In this document: one piece after another, positions 53,165 to 64,000 of the stretch
How the letters are laid out: each line of letters begins with the position of its first letter
Position numbering within the stretch: position 1 is the first letter of the stretch
Assembly (NCBI RefSeq): GCF_964204645.1
Contig: NC_134027.1
Coordinates: 15,904,485-15,968,484, forward strand
DNA: 64,000 nucleotides
From: Tubulanus polymorphus
Lineage: Eukaryota > Animalia > Nemertea
Direction: 5' to 3'
Position numbers and translations under genes: made by a program
The notes under the pieces: generated by a model
The model's input: only the letters and a program-made list of their open reading frames with translations
Databases searched by the model: none
Told to the model about the DNA's origin: nothing

Positions 53165-54190
53165 TTCTGGATAATCAGATTTAAAATATATTTCAAAAGC
53201 TGCGGCACTTTGACGAATTTTTTTAATAGTATTTATTTTTGGTGGTTCTTCTGAAAAATCAATTTCATTAGAATTTAATTTCTTTCTTTTATAATATATT
53301 TCTTTTCTATTTTGATCAGTTAATTCAAAATCTCCATATATTACAAATGGTACTTAATCATATTCTTTGAATTCTAATATTTTATCTTTTTCATTTGGTA
53401 AAATTAATTTACAATTATCATGATTATCATATAATTGTTTATGATTAATAATGCACTTTCATTACTGAATTTAGCAATACATTTTCTACATAGATACATT
53501 TTATTATTAAAATCAGAATTTGATTTAAAAAATAAATCAATTTGTTTTATCCACATATAAAAAATAATGATTCTCATAATATAATATATCTATAACACCA
53601 TTTGAATCATAATCTTTTGATAAATACAAAGGTTCTAATGTATAATGTTTAATATTATCACCTTTAGTATTTGGTAATTTAATTAAATCGAATACATGTA
53701 TTTTAAGATTATTATCTAAAAATATTTTTTGGAATATTTTTAATTCTAACAGGATAACTGTCTATCGAATAATTATTTTCAAATTATCCTTTGTTAATCT
53801 AAAACTATGTCTAATATCTTCTGTTGGATGTAAGCAACTAATTATTGACCAAAAAAAACATTTATAATCTTCATTTTGTACATTTATAACAGCATTAGTT
53901 TTAAATGGTAATTTGATATAACTTGATGCATTTATATTATCATCTTTATAATATGATTAATTATTTTCATCAATTGGTTTTGATTTAGTTAACTTATTAT
54001 ATTTTGTATTGTATACATGTAACGTCATAAATATTATTTCATCAAATATTAAACCAGATCCTATCCTTCAAAATATTACTCTTCTATTTTACTTTTTATT
54101 TCATTATTACATTTATTTAATCTATCATCTATATGTAATACGTCAACAGGTGTATGAAATGAGGCGTAAGTAACAAAGAATATACTTGTT
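53165..54190 (-). pseudogene. Fragment of a Polinton/Maverick-type protein-primed DNA polymerase B ORF (N-terminal region to exonuclease motif I)
   Basis: Manual minus-strand translation gives GSGLIFDEI, ASSYIKLPFKTNAVINVQNEDYKCFFWSIISCLHP, YLCRKC and VPFVIYGDFE; several stops and frameshifts; sharply AT-rich. Confidence 0.7.
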
Positions 54191-54502
54191 GTCAGGTAAA
54201 AAGAATGAATAAAATACAAAAACAAATGAAATAATGAGTATTACCTTAGAAAAGGGGACCCCGAGGGTCAGGGTTCGGGTCAAGAAAGACTCCACCAGTC
54301 AGTGGTTAGTTGTTAGGAGAAGGGGAGTGTGGGGACGATGGAGAGACGGTGGTCGTTTCGGGTTGTGGTTCAAGATGGTAAGGGATGTCGGAATCCGAAT
54401 CGGAATATGATTCGGCAGGATTAGGGGTGATGATGTCCGATCCGGGAATGGAGACATCATCAACGGTATCAGGGAGGATAATGACATCGCTGTCGGAATC
54501 CG

Positions 54503-55011
54503 TGTCGTGCGTTGGCTGACAGGCGACTGGCAACGATCTAGACTAACTACAGCGAACGTTTCAAACACATTATTTATTATGTATTCACGGTTTGCTACAA
54601 AGAATAAACAAACAAACATTACAGCAACAATAATTATGCTCATTTTACATCATGTACCACAAATTATAGCATTTGAAATAATTGATACATGTATAATCAT
54701 ATTTAATGACCAATTTCATGTTCACTGTGCGACATGTAGAGCTGACACTGAATACACAGATTTCTGATCAAACATTATATAAGCCAAAAGTTACTGAGCC
54801 GTTAAGGCATGATATAAGGCATTCGCCTACACAGAAATGCAAAACTCATAAATCTATAATCCATATCAAAACTTGCCGAGCGTAAAAAAACACAAAGAAA
54901 GTATGAAATTACAAATCATAACAAATACAAAAACCATAGCTCTAATGAATAATTTCTTATACGACAAAACCATTTACTAATCTAATTATAAATTAAAGCT
55001 AATTTCTAACA
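54503..55011 (-). repeat. 3' LTR of the BEL/Pao element
   Basis: TGTCGTGC...TTCTAACA; direct repeat of 62395-62901 with a few indels and substitutions. Confidence 0.93.
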
Positions 55012-57717
55012 TAGCACCTCCTTGGCAACAATACAAATGTTGGCAAAATTTAACAACGCTTTTAGTCACTCGTGTGACAGCACATGTACCCATGATACGG
55101 TTATTATCTAATAATAATTTTGATAATAATTCAATCAGCGATTTTCCTCTAATACACAAATTTTAGATACAGGTCGTATGAACTCAGAACCTCTTGTTTT
55201 GACCTTAAGGGCTCTTACTCGTCCATCCTTACCGGGCATAGTATTTGTTACCCTACCTAACGACCATTGTCCCCTTGGGATATTTTTATCAACGATAATT
55301 ACTAAATCTCCAATTAGTCCACTTACCTCTTACAGTGAGGGAAGGCAAGTATTCAATGATCCATCGTCTCCACACATGGTCCGCCAGAACCTGACACTGC
55401 CGCCACCTTTTACGGCTATTGATCTCTTTGTTTTCAAACTTACCAAATGAAGACTATTGAAGATGCTCCACCATGGAGAAAATGATTAGGGGTTATTGGT
55501 GTTAGATCGTTCGGGTCTGAGCTGTTATATGTAAGGGGTCTACTGTTAATGGCACCTTCCACCTCTGTAAGGGTAGTACGTAATACAGTTTCACAGACAC
55601 ATTGCTCCCCAAGTACTGACTTCAAAGCTCTCTTAACCGACCTTAGTTAACGTTCCCATACGCCACCGAAGTGAGGCGCGTTGGGCGGCATGAAAATCCA
55701 CTTTGTGCCTTTTTCTACTAATAAATTTGATACGAACGACTGATTCCATTCTGAAAGACAAGACTTTAATTCCCTTTCAGCACCAATGAAATTGGTTCCA
55801 TTGTCACGATACAACTCCCTAGGCGTACCACGTCTACTAATAAAACTACGTAGAACCAACATGAAACTATCAGTTTCGAGGGAATCTGCTAATTCAAGGT
55901 GAACTGACCGAGTCACAAGGCAAGTGAATAGACAAACTCATCGTTTAATAACAGAACGACCTCTTTTTATCAACAGAGGTCCAAGGTAATCAACTCCTGT
56001 ATATTCAAATGGGCGAGAATACGCAGTTAAACGAAAGTCCGGTAAATCAGACATAAAAGGTATCTTAGGCATTGCCGTTCGTCGCCAACAAGTAAAACAT
56101 TTGCGAATGACTGATTTCGCCACAATTCGAGCCTTAATAGGCCAATACTTTTGTCGTACAGACGCTATGACATGTTCAGGCCAAGAATGCAATTACAATA
56201 AATGTTCACGTTTCACGATTAGATTCGTACTATGGTGACCAAATGGGAGTAATAATTGATGCTTAGCTTCATTTGGAATATAGGGTGCGTTACGTATCCT
56301 ACCCCCGACTCTTATATAGGGACCATCTATGAATGGATCGAGACAACGTAACCTACTCTTATTAGCTACTATGCCTTGATGCAGCGAATTATACTCGCTC
56401 CGGTACGATTCCCGTTTGCGCATTTACAATTAAACACATCTCTGCATCATTTAATTCCTCTGGTAAAAGATATTTTGATTTTATAGCTGTCATACCTAGC
56501 CTGGGAATTTTAGCAGCAAAATTTCTTACCGCTCGCAAAATCCATGCAGTTTTGCGTTTTAGCAACATCAATGATGAAACATCTTGAGGCGTAATTAGAC
56601 CCTCAAGGTCTAAACTAAGAAGTAATGAACTGTCGTAAACAGCAGTGTTGTTCACATATTTGAACCTTTGAACGTTATCATCGTTTTCACTAACGGAACC
56701 CAAGACCGGCTGATCCGGCCATTTTTCAGTCGTCTGAAAAAGAAACTCTGGCCCTCGTAACCATCTTTGTTCAATATTTAAACTTCCAGCTGGAAGACCA
56801 CGAGTACAGTCATCTGCTGGGTTTAAATTACTAGGGACATATTTCCACTGATTAGGATTTGTAGATTCACGAATCTCCGTAACTCTATTAGCTACAAACA
56901 TTTTGAATCGCTTCGATTCATTGCTTATGTACCTCAATACAGTGGCTGAATCAGACCAAAGATATACTTTATCAAATGAAATTCCTAATTCAGCCTTTAA
57001 CGTCTCTGATAAACGTGCGGATATAACTGCACCTTGTAGTTCCAATTTTGGCACCGTTAATCTCTGTTTAATTGGAGCTAAATGAGTTTTCGATGCAGCT
57101 ATTGAACAATGAATAGAATTATCAAAAGTATAACGCAGGTACGCAACAGAACCAAAGCCACGTTCTGAAGCATCCGAAAACAGATGTAACTCAATATGTT
57201 TTGCGTTAGAAGAGAAACCTAAGTGGTGGCGAGGGATACTAACATTTGCAAGAAAAGGTAACTCATCTTGCCACGCGCGCCATCTAACAAGCAAATTATC
57301 GGTCAATTCATCATCCCAGTCTAAATTGCACCTCCATAAATCCTGTATTAAACATTTCGCTTTAAACGTAAATGGAGCGAGATATCCACAGGGATCGAAA
57401 ATTGAACAAAGAGTGCTAAGAACACTGCGTTTAGTAGGAGAAGTTTCCTTAATGTCAGGCCTAAACAGAAAAACATCATTTTCAGGATTCCACTTAATAC
57501 CCAAGACCCTCTCGACTGGCAGTTCATTGAACTCTAAATCTAACGTGGGATCATTACGATCGATATCAGGTATATGCGCCAAAACGTTTTTACTTGAAGA
57601 CATGAATTTGTTAAAATGAAACCCGTCTTTACCGATAATTTCACTAACTTCCCCTGAGAAATTAATAGCGAATGCTTCAGTTTCAACGGATTTGATTAAA
57701 TCATCTACATAAAAGTC

Positions 57718-58843
57718 CGGTGTTGTCATATCGCGGAATCACGGAATCGCGGAATTTTCCAAAAAACACGGAATTTCTTCATTTTCACTATACATAGTAA
57801 CCGAGTTTTTTTCACGGGATACCCTTTGTTGGACAAGGCACCGGACGCATGTTTTTCATTTTTTCATTGCCGGTACCTTGTAGGTCTATGTGATAATCTA
57901 TTACGATCGTCGCTCAACTAATTAACGATATTTCCAGACGATAAATTGGAGAACCTACGCAGGCAATTAATCTATCAACATTGGAACCGCATCTACGAGT
58001 TCTGTGTATGTTACGAATCAATAAACCTTTAACTAATTGAATATATGCTGCATTGTAAAATGGATATAAAAACGATGTATTATTTTGACTGCACTCTTCC
58101 ACTGGTCGTATTAAGACCAAAATGAGGTATGTTTCTATACGGTCAAGAGAAATATCCCAAAATGAACGATGTCAGACGAAAACAGATATACATTTTGCAT
58201 ATTCTGGCTTGAGATTTTTAATTGAATTTTGCGTCTCGTGCATCTAAATTGTGATTAATGCGAGTGTGGTGTATCTAGAAGAGTTATAAAAGTTGTTGAA
58301 TGATATTGAAGATTACTTTTAAAAATGGTATATTTTCTTAACTCCGTTATTTGTGAAGAGAAAGCAGTTACTTAGTTGCTTCTCCTATTGATTCCTTAGG
58401 TCTGAAAAACGTACTATCGGTACTAGACGGCGGTTTCTATCAAATATAAGTTTTAAGGAACCGCGGTACACGCTTGGTAGTAGCACATTTCACGTTTGCA
58501 GCCATCTGAAACTACGGCCCAACCTAGAGCGTCCGTGCTCAAATCTACTAAGAAGATCGCAAAAAGTCGATTAACTTCGATAACCGATGCTTGCACTAGT
58601 GCCAATCTCTTTTTCCGACTACATTCTGACTGTTACTGAAGCTGCAGGTAACTGAACGGTATTATAAAACAATGTCAGATAAAATTGCGTGCGAATAGTG
58701 TGATTCGAAGCTAACTTAGTGCATTGATTGTTCCGGTTCCTTGTTCCCCGCAGGAAAACCAGGTGACTATTTATAGTGAAGGTGAAGAAATTCCGTGTTT
58801 TTTTAATTCCGCGATTCCGTCATTCCGCGATATGACAACACCG
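57718..58843. mobile_element. Mutator-like (MULE) non-autonomous element nested in the BEL RT
   Basis: TIR CGGTGTTGTCATATCGCGGAAT / ATTCCGCGATATGACAACACCG; 9-bp TSD ATAAAAGTC (57709-57717 and 58844-58852). Confidence 0.85.
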
Positions 58844-60234
58844 ATAAAAGTCCCTGACAACTGTATCTACAGTGACTTTACTATATTTACATCGGTTGCT
58901 GATCGCTTCAACGCATAATTGGCACAACTAGGGGAATCCTTGGCCCCAAATATATGTACATTCATTTTATATACTCCAGGTAATCCGGGTTTATAGACAT
59001 CCTCCTTCCAAATAAACCGTAAAGAATCAGAATCTGCCTCAGACACTCTCACTTGGTGGAACATCGCCTTTATGTCGGCAACTAATGCCACCTCATAAAG
59101 CCTAAAACGTTGAAGAATACCAAACAAGCTGTTTAACAAATCTGGCCCAGTCACACGAGTTCTTCATATTTTGAAGCCGCGTCGAATACGACTCTGAATT
59201 TACCAGGCTTGTTTGCATTCAACACGCAATGATGTGGTATGAACCATGTTCTGGGACTAACGACTGAAGCTTCCTCAGACGTTAACTTGCGTGCATAACC
59301 ATCGGCGATGTAAACGTTCAATGTATCAGAATACTTTTTTCATGTTTGGATCTTTATACAAACGACTAGCCAAAATTCCAAACCTCCTTTCAGCAACAGA
59401 TTTATTAAAAGGAAGCGTACTACTCTTATCCCTCCAAAGCATCCCAACTTCATAGTGCCGCTCAACGATTTTTGTAGTATTTTCTAAGATAGACAAGGCC
59501 CTTTGATCCTCAATTGACCCTGTCTGACCTTGACAGGCTACATCAAAAGACTCAGTGGACCAAAAACGTTCAACCTGTTCGTTTAAATCCTTATCCCCTG
59601 CAATTATACAATTAACGTGAGCTTGGACATCAGCTAAAGATTCTACATATGAAGGACCAAAGAGACACCAACCCAGGCAAGTTTTTATAGCAAAAGGCTC
59701 CCCTGCAGCGCCTTCTTTTACGTCAATTTGGAGGTGAGCCTTTGGTACATCCGCTCCTATTAATACCCTAATCTGATCGGGAGAAAATCACAAATCGTCA
59801 CAAATCTCCAAACCATTCAAATGTTGCATATCAGAAACACGTGCTTTAAGATTTTGAGATGAACAATTGAAGTTGCCGTAATTTGTCCATGCATTTTTTA
59901 CAGTAATAACATCACTGTAGAGGTCCGACTGAGAACACATTGAAAACGAAAGGCACTGAGAATGATGCGAAGTACTAGTATGGAGGGTGTTAACCGTTAG
60001 CAAGTGTCTCTTACCATGCAAACCAAGATCATTCGCTAGTTCATTGTTAATTAAGGTGACATCACTGGCAGAATCCAGCAGAGCATATGTGGACACGCGG
60101 TGACCGTTGCTTCCCTGCACTGTAATCGGCACTATCTGAAAATAAACTTGCAGAGTATTACAACTTGAATTAACAACCGTACAGTTACTAGATGTTTGAA
60201 CATTATTAACAGTACTTTTATCATTACGTGGCCG

Positions 60235-61022
60235 CACAGGGGTTTGGCGATGGGCTTGGATTTTATTTCCGGGTTGTTGACAATCTCGCGAGAATGGCGC
60301 TAAATATGAACTGCGAATAAATTCAAAATATCACGGAAATACCTTGTGTTTATATTGTTTATTTATCCGCTATAAAGTTCTGATAAACAATTGGTCGTTA
60401 AGAATCATTATCAGACGGTCGTCATGCTTTACTATATAAAATCACAAGGGATGAAACGCCAGGCCTCCGCTGTACTTAAATTTTCAGCCAGAAAGTTGGG
60501 ACAGTCACGTGACATTCTGATGACGTCATCGCATTTAAAACTTCAACACGAAAAGTTAACATATTCACAGACCGATATCAACTGTCAGATTATGATTCAT
60601 ATGAAATAAATAACTTATAAGGAATAAATTATGACGAAATATATAATTCATAGTAAAAAAATGCATTTGAATGTAAGTTATTCTCAAATATTTTTCGTAT
60701 CATAGTTTCCATCTTATATGCTTCAGGTTCGCGTTCAGTCAAATAAGAAGCGTTAAGTCACGTGACTGTCCCAACTTTCTGGCTGGCACAACTCTGAAGG
60801 CGTTTCATCCCTTGTTCTTTTATATAGTAGCGTGACGACCGTCTGATAATGATTCTTAACGACCAATTGTTTATCGAAACTTTATAGCGGATAAATAAAC
60901 AATATAAACACAAGGTATTTCCGTGATATTTTGAATTTATTCGCAATTCATATTTAGCGCCATTCTCGCGAGATTATCAACAACCCGGAAATAAAATCCA
61001 AGCCCATCGCCAAACCCCTGTG
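60235..61022. mobile_element. P-element-like (or hAT-like) MITE with ~280-bp TIRs, nested between BEL gag and protease
   Basis: Termini CACAGGGGTTTGGCGATGGG / CCCATCGCCAAACCCCTGTG; 8-bp TSD CGTGGCCG (60227-60234 and 61023-61030). Confidence 0.85.
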
Positions 61023-62394
61023 CGTGGCCGATGAATAGAAGTATGATGTTTCTTCCCGCATCCCAATTCCTTACAGACGCCACTGGATGGACCGAATTAA
61101 GGAAATGACCAGGATATAAGCAATTAAGACATAAACGATTGTTTCTAATCAACTGATATCTATCATTAATTGATTTATCGATATAATATTTACACCTAGA
61201 TAGATGATGGTTTTCTGAACAAATAACGCATTGTTTATCGTTACCGTTATTACATTGAGACGTACATTGAGAGTTGTATGCCTTACACGAGGAACTAAAG
61301 TTCCAGAATTACTTATCTGACTATCACTACGTTTGTACTTGCTAGCAACGGAATATGGACCAAAGTCCGCATCAATGCAGTATTTGAGCCAATGCTACAA
61401 GTCGATTAAGGTTGGTTCTCTAACTCGAGATATTCTACGGACATAGCCGTTCCACTTCCACAAGTCGCTACTACCTAACTCATGTACATAGTTCATTTGT
61501 TTAAGAATCATAACACAATCTCTAACGGAGATGTAAAAGTTACGTAAACCAACAGAATCATATTCACTAACAGAAGGTCCTTTAGCAATAGAGTCAATGT
61601 AGGCACGTGCCACATGAACCCGATTGCCAAATGCAAACTTAAGCTCTTTTAAAGCCAAAACATAATTTGTAGCACTAAACCCGAGACCCTGAATGAGTTT
61701 TCTAGCCTCACCTGACACATGGGATTGAAGCAAGTCCATTCGACGAATGTCTCTCAGTGTTGATTTAGAGTGGACTTGTACGAAAAACTGCTCGATAAAT
61801 CTTGGCCAATTCAACGAAGCTCCATCGAAGACCGGAAGTACGATTTTTGGCAGATCACGATCGGTTTCGAGTCTCGCAAAGACTTCCTCTAATGGTGGTG
61901 ACTCAGTTGATGATAGTTGACTTGATGTTTCTACACCCTCGACAAGAGCGTCGATCCAAGCATCCACGGATTCAAACATTTGATCTGGAGAAATATCGTA
62001 GTTCTCGGTGTGCGGCTCAAATGGCGTTGCTTCAGGACTTAAAATGCTCGATGATGACGGACTCTTAGTTAATTCGTCTAATCTAAGGAGACATTGAGTG
62101 GCTTTCTGAAAGTAAGTATCAAGCCATTCCTCCGCCTTTATGATGTCAGATTCTTCTGCGAGTGACGAAACGTGACGATTATGCGCCGACTGTAAAGAAC
62201 TCATACAGCCTGTTATTCGTTCCTTCAACGGCTGAATCTGCGAAGACTGTGCTGTTAAGGAATCCGCCTGATTCAGTGCTCGAGACAACCAACCCGCAAG
62301 ACTGGAGGATGTTTTCCTGAGCGAACTCGACTTCGGATCCATTTCCGTCATAGCTAGCGATAGCAACACAGCAGATTTGTAGAAATTCAAACTA

Positions 62395-62901
62395 TGTCGT
62401 GCCTTGGCTGACAGGCGACTGGCAACGATCTAGACTAACTACGGCGAACGTTTCAAACACATTATTTCTTATGTATTCACGGTTTGCTACAAAGAATAAA
62501 CAAACAACAATAATTATGCTCATTTTACATCATGTACCACAAATTATAGCATTTGAAATAATTGATACATGTATAATCATATTTAAAGACCGGCTACTCA
62601 CAATTTCATGTTCACTGTGCGACATGTAGAGCTGACACTGAATACACAGATTTCTGATCAAACATTATATAAGCCAAAAGTTACTGAGCCGTTAAGGCAT
62701 GATATAAGGCATTCGCCTACACAGAAATGCACAACTCATAAATCTATAATCCATATCAAAACTTGCAGAGTGTAAAAAACACAAAAGAAAGTATCAAATT
62801 ACAAATCATAACAAATACAAAAACCATAGCTCCAATAAATAATTTCTTATACGACAAAACCATTTACTAATCTAATTATAAATTAAAGCTAATTTCTAAC
62901 A
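62395..62901 (-). repeat. 5' LTR of the BEL/Pao element
   Basis: TGTCGTGC...TTCTAACA; adjacent to the start of gag. Confidence 0.93.
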
Positions 62902-63171
62902 ATCCGATATATCGATAATCTCGCTATCGGAATCAGCGATGTCAATAATGGAAGGAGAGGGAGCAGGCCCCCCAGTGCTGGTGGATTGGAGAGGACAGGT
63001 GGAAACAGGGTTTGGAGGAAGTTCAATTGGAGGGTTATTTGGAGAAGGGGTGCCGGATAGTAGAAAAAAGGGTATTAAGGGAGGATAATCAGGGTCGCGG
63101 TCATAGTACGGATTGTATGAGACGTCGTTGGTAGGGTGATAGGGGTGTACTCTGTGGATCTAAGGGGCGTG

Positions 63172-64000
63172 AGTAATAGGGGTTTAGTTGTTCTAGATCA
63201 AAGGTCGAACGGTCGAGTTCATTAAAAACAAAATATTAAAAGTAATTTAAAACTATAATATATTTTCATAGCCGGGTGTATTTTATATTATAACTAAATA
63301 TTTATTCTAAGACATTAATAATTTAAATTTTAAAAGCATATTGCTCCGCGACCAATTGATTTATTTACAATACACAAATTCATATAATCAAATATATTCA
63401 AATAATAATAATTATTCTATTATTTAACTAAAATACACCAAAAAAAGTAACGAGTAATTAACGAGCTCTTATAGAATAGATATATAGATATATTTTAAAC
63501 ATTATTTCAATATTTATATTTGTATGAGTTAGATTTTTAAACATTAAAAGTGTTAGTAAAGTGTGATTGAAATAATTCATATATAAATCATTGAACTTCT
63601 AAAATCAATAAAAAAAAAAAAATTAGTATTAAAATGGAAGCAAATAAGTACTACTGTCCAACATGTAATATCAATATAGATAAATCCTAAAAATCAAGAC
63701 ACAATAAAACTAAAACACATTTAGAGAATAAATTGAAATTAGAATATGTAGATGATACATTAGAAACTAAATTAGAAGAATTAAAGAATGAAAAAGAAAC
63801 ATACAAATGTTATACATGTAATCAATCATTCAGTGATAAAAGATATCATAAAGAACATTTAAAATCTAAAAGTCATATTGGAAATATGAATAATGATATT
63901 TTAGGTGAGGATTATTTTGATAATGACAATGATAAGAAACATAAGACAATTAGAGATGACCGAAGCATTTAAAAGTGATATTGGTTCAGCAGCTATTAGT
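63172..64000 (+). mobile_element. Left end of a second Polinton-like element (runs out of the window)
   Basis: Starts AGTAATAGGGGT and shares CAAAGGTCGAACGGTCGAG.TCAT, AAAGTGTGA.TGAAATAATTCATAT and AATATTTATATTTG.ATGAGTT with the 33939 element; abrupt switch to AT-rich DNA. Confidence 0.75.
63634..63972 (+). pseudogene. Tandem C2H2 (H-x5-H type) zinc-finger ORF with a premature stop
   Basis: MEANKYYCPTCNINIDKS*KSRHNKTKTH...YKCYTCNQSFSDKRYHKEHLKSKSH; in-frame TAA at 63688. Confidence 0.65.

Larger units (their letters stand above)
55140..62390 (-). pseudogene. BEL/Pao gag-pol polyprotein, disrupted
   Basis: Gag LPVFDGASLNWPRF and CLNCLYPGH; protease ALLDSAS; RT ADIKAMFHQV and FYVDD; RNaseH LHLFSDAS and TVPKLEL; integrase GVDYLGP, DNGTNF, HFGGVWER, INSRPLT. 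Confidence 0.93.
54503..62901 (-). mobile_element. Full-length BEL/Pao LTR retrotransposon, inactivated
   Basis: Two TG...CA LTRs, 5-bp TSD ATCCG (54498-54502 and 62902-62906), gag-protease-RT-RNaseH-integrase order on the minus strand. Confidence 0.95.

Noticed and set aside
54161-54176. GGCGTAAGTAACA resembling the GGCGTG|AGTAATA junction at 63166
   Set aside because: The match is short and the sequence appears to lie inside the PolB-like reading frame; probably coincidence

Overview
AT-rich eukaryotic (animal, probably marine invertebrate) genomic DNA, not prokaryotic. The only host gene I can support is an srGAP-family (SLIT-ROBO RhoGAP, F-BAR) gene on the minus strand. Its first four coding exons (33118-33217, 19432-19615, 15214-15379, 9959-10171) join in phase through GT-AG introns. 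Most of the rest is transposon-derived: three CR1/L2-group LINEs, a full-length BEL/Pao LTR retrotransposon carrying two nested DNA elements, a BEL fragment, MITEs, a tRNA-SINE and Helentron/HINE-like repeats. The most unusual object is a 4,489-bp near-palindromic element at 33939-38427. It has AGT...ACT ends and a 6-bp target duplication (Polinton/Maverick hallmarks), each end is itself a ~340-bp hairpin made of two termini, and each arm carries a 216-aa zinc-finger ORF and a 24-bp tandem array. The arms surround two small membrane-protein-like ORFs. A second element with related termini starts at 63172, and a Polinton-type DNA polymerase fragment lies at ~53.2-54.2 kb. All family assignments come from motif recognition by eye, with no database search.
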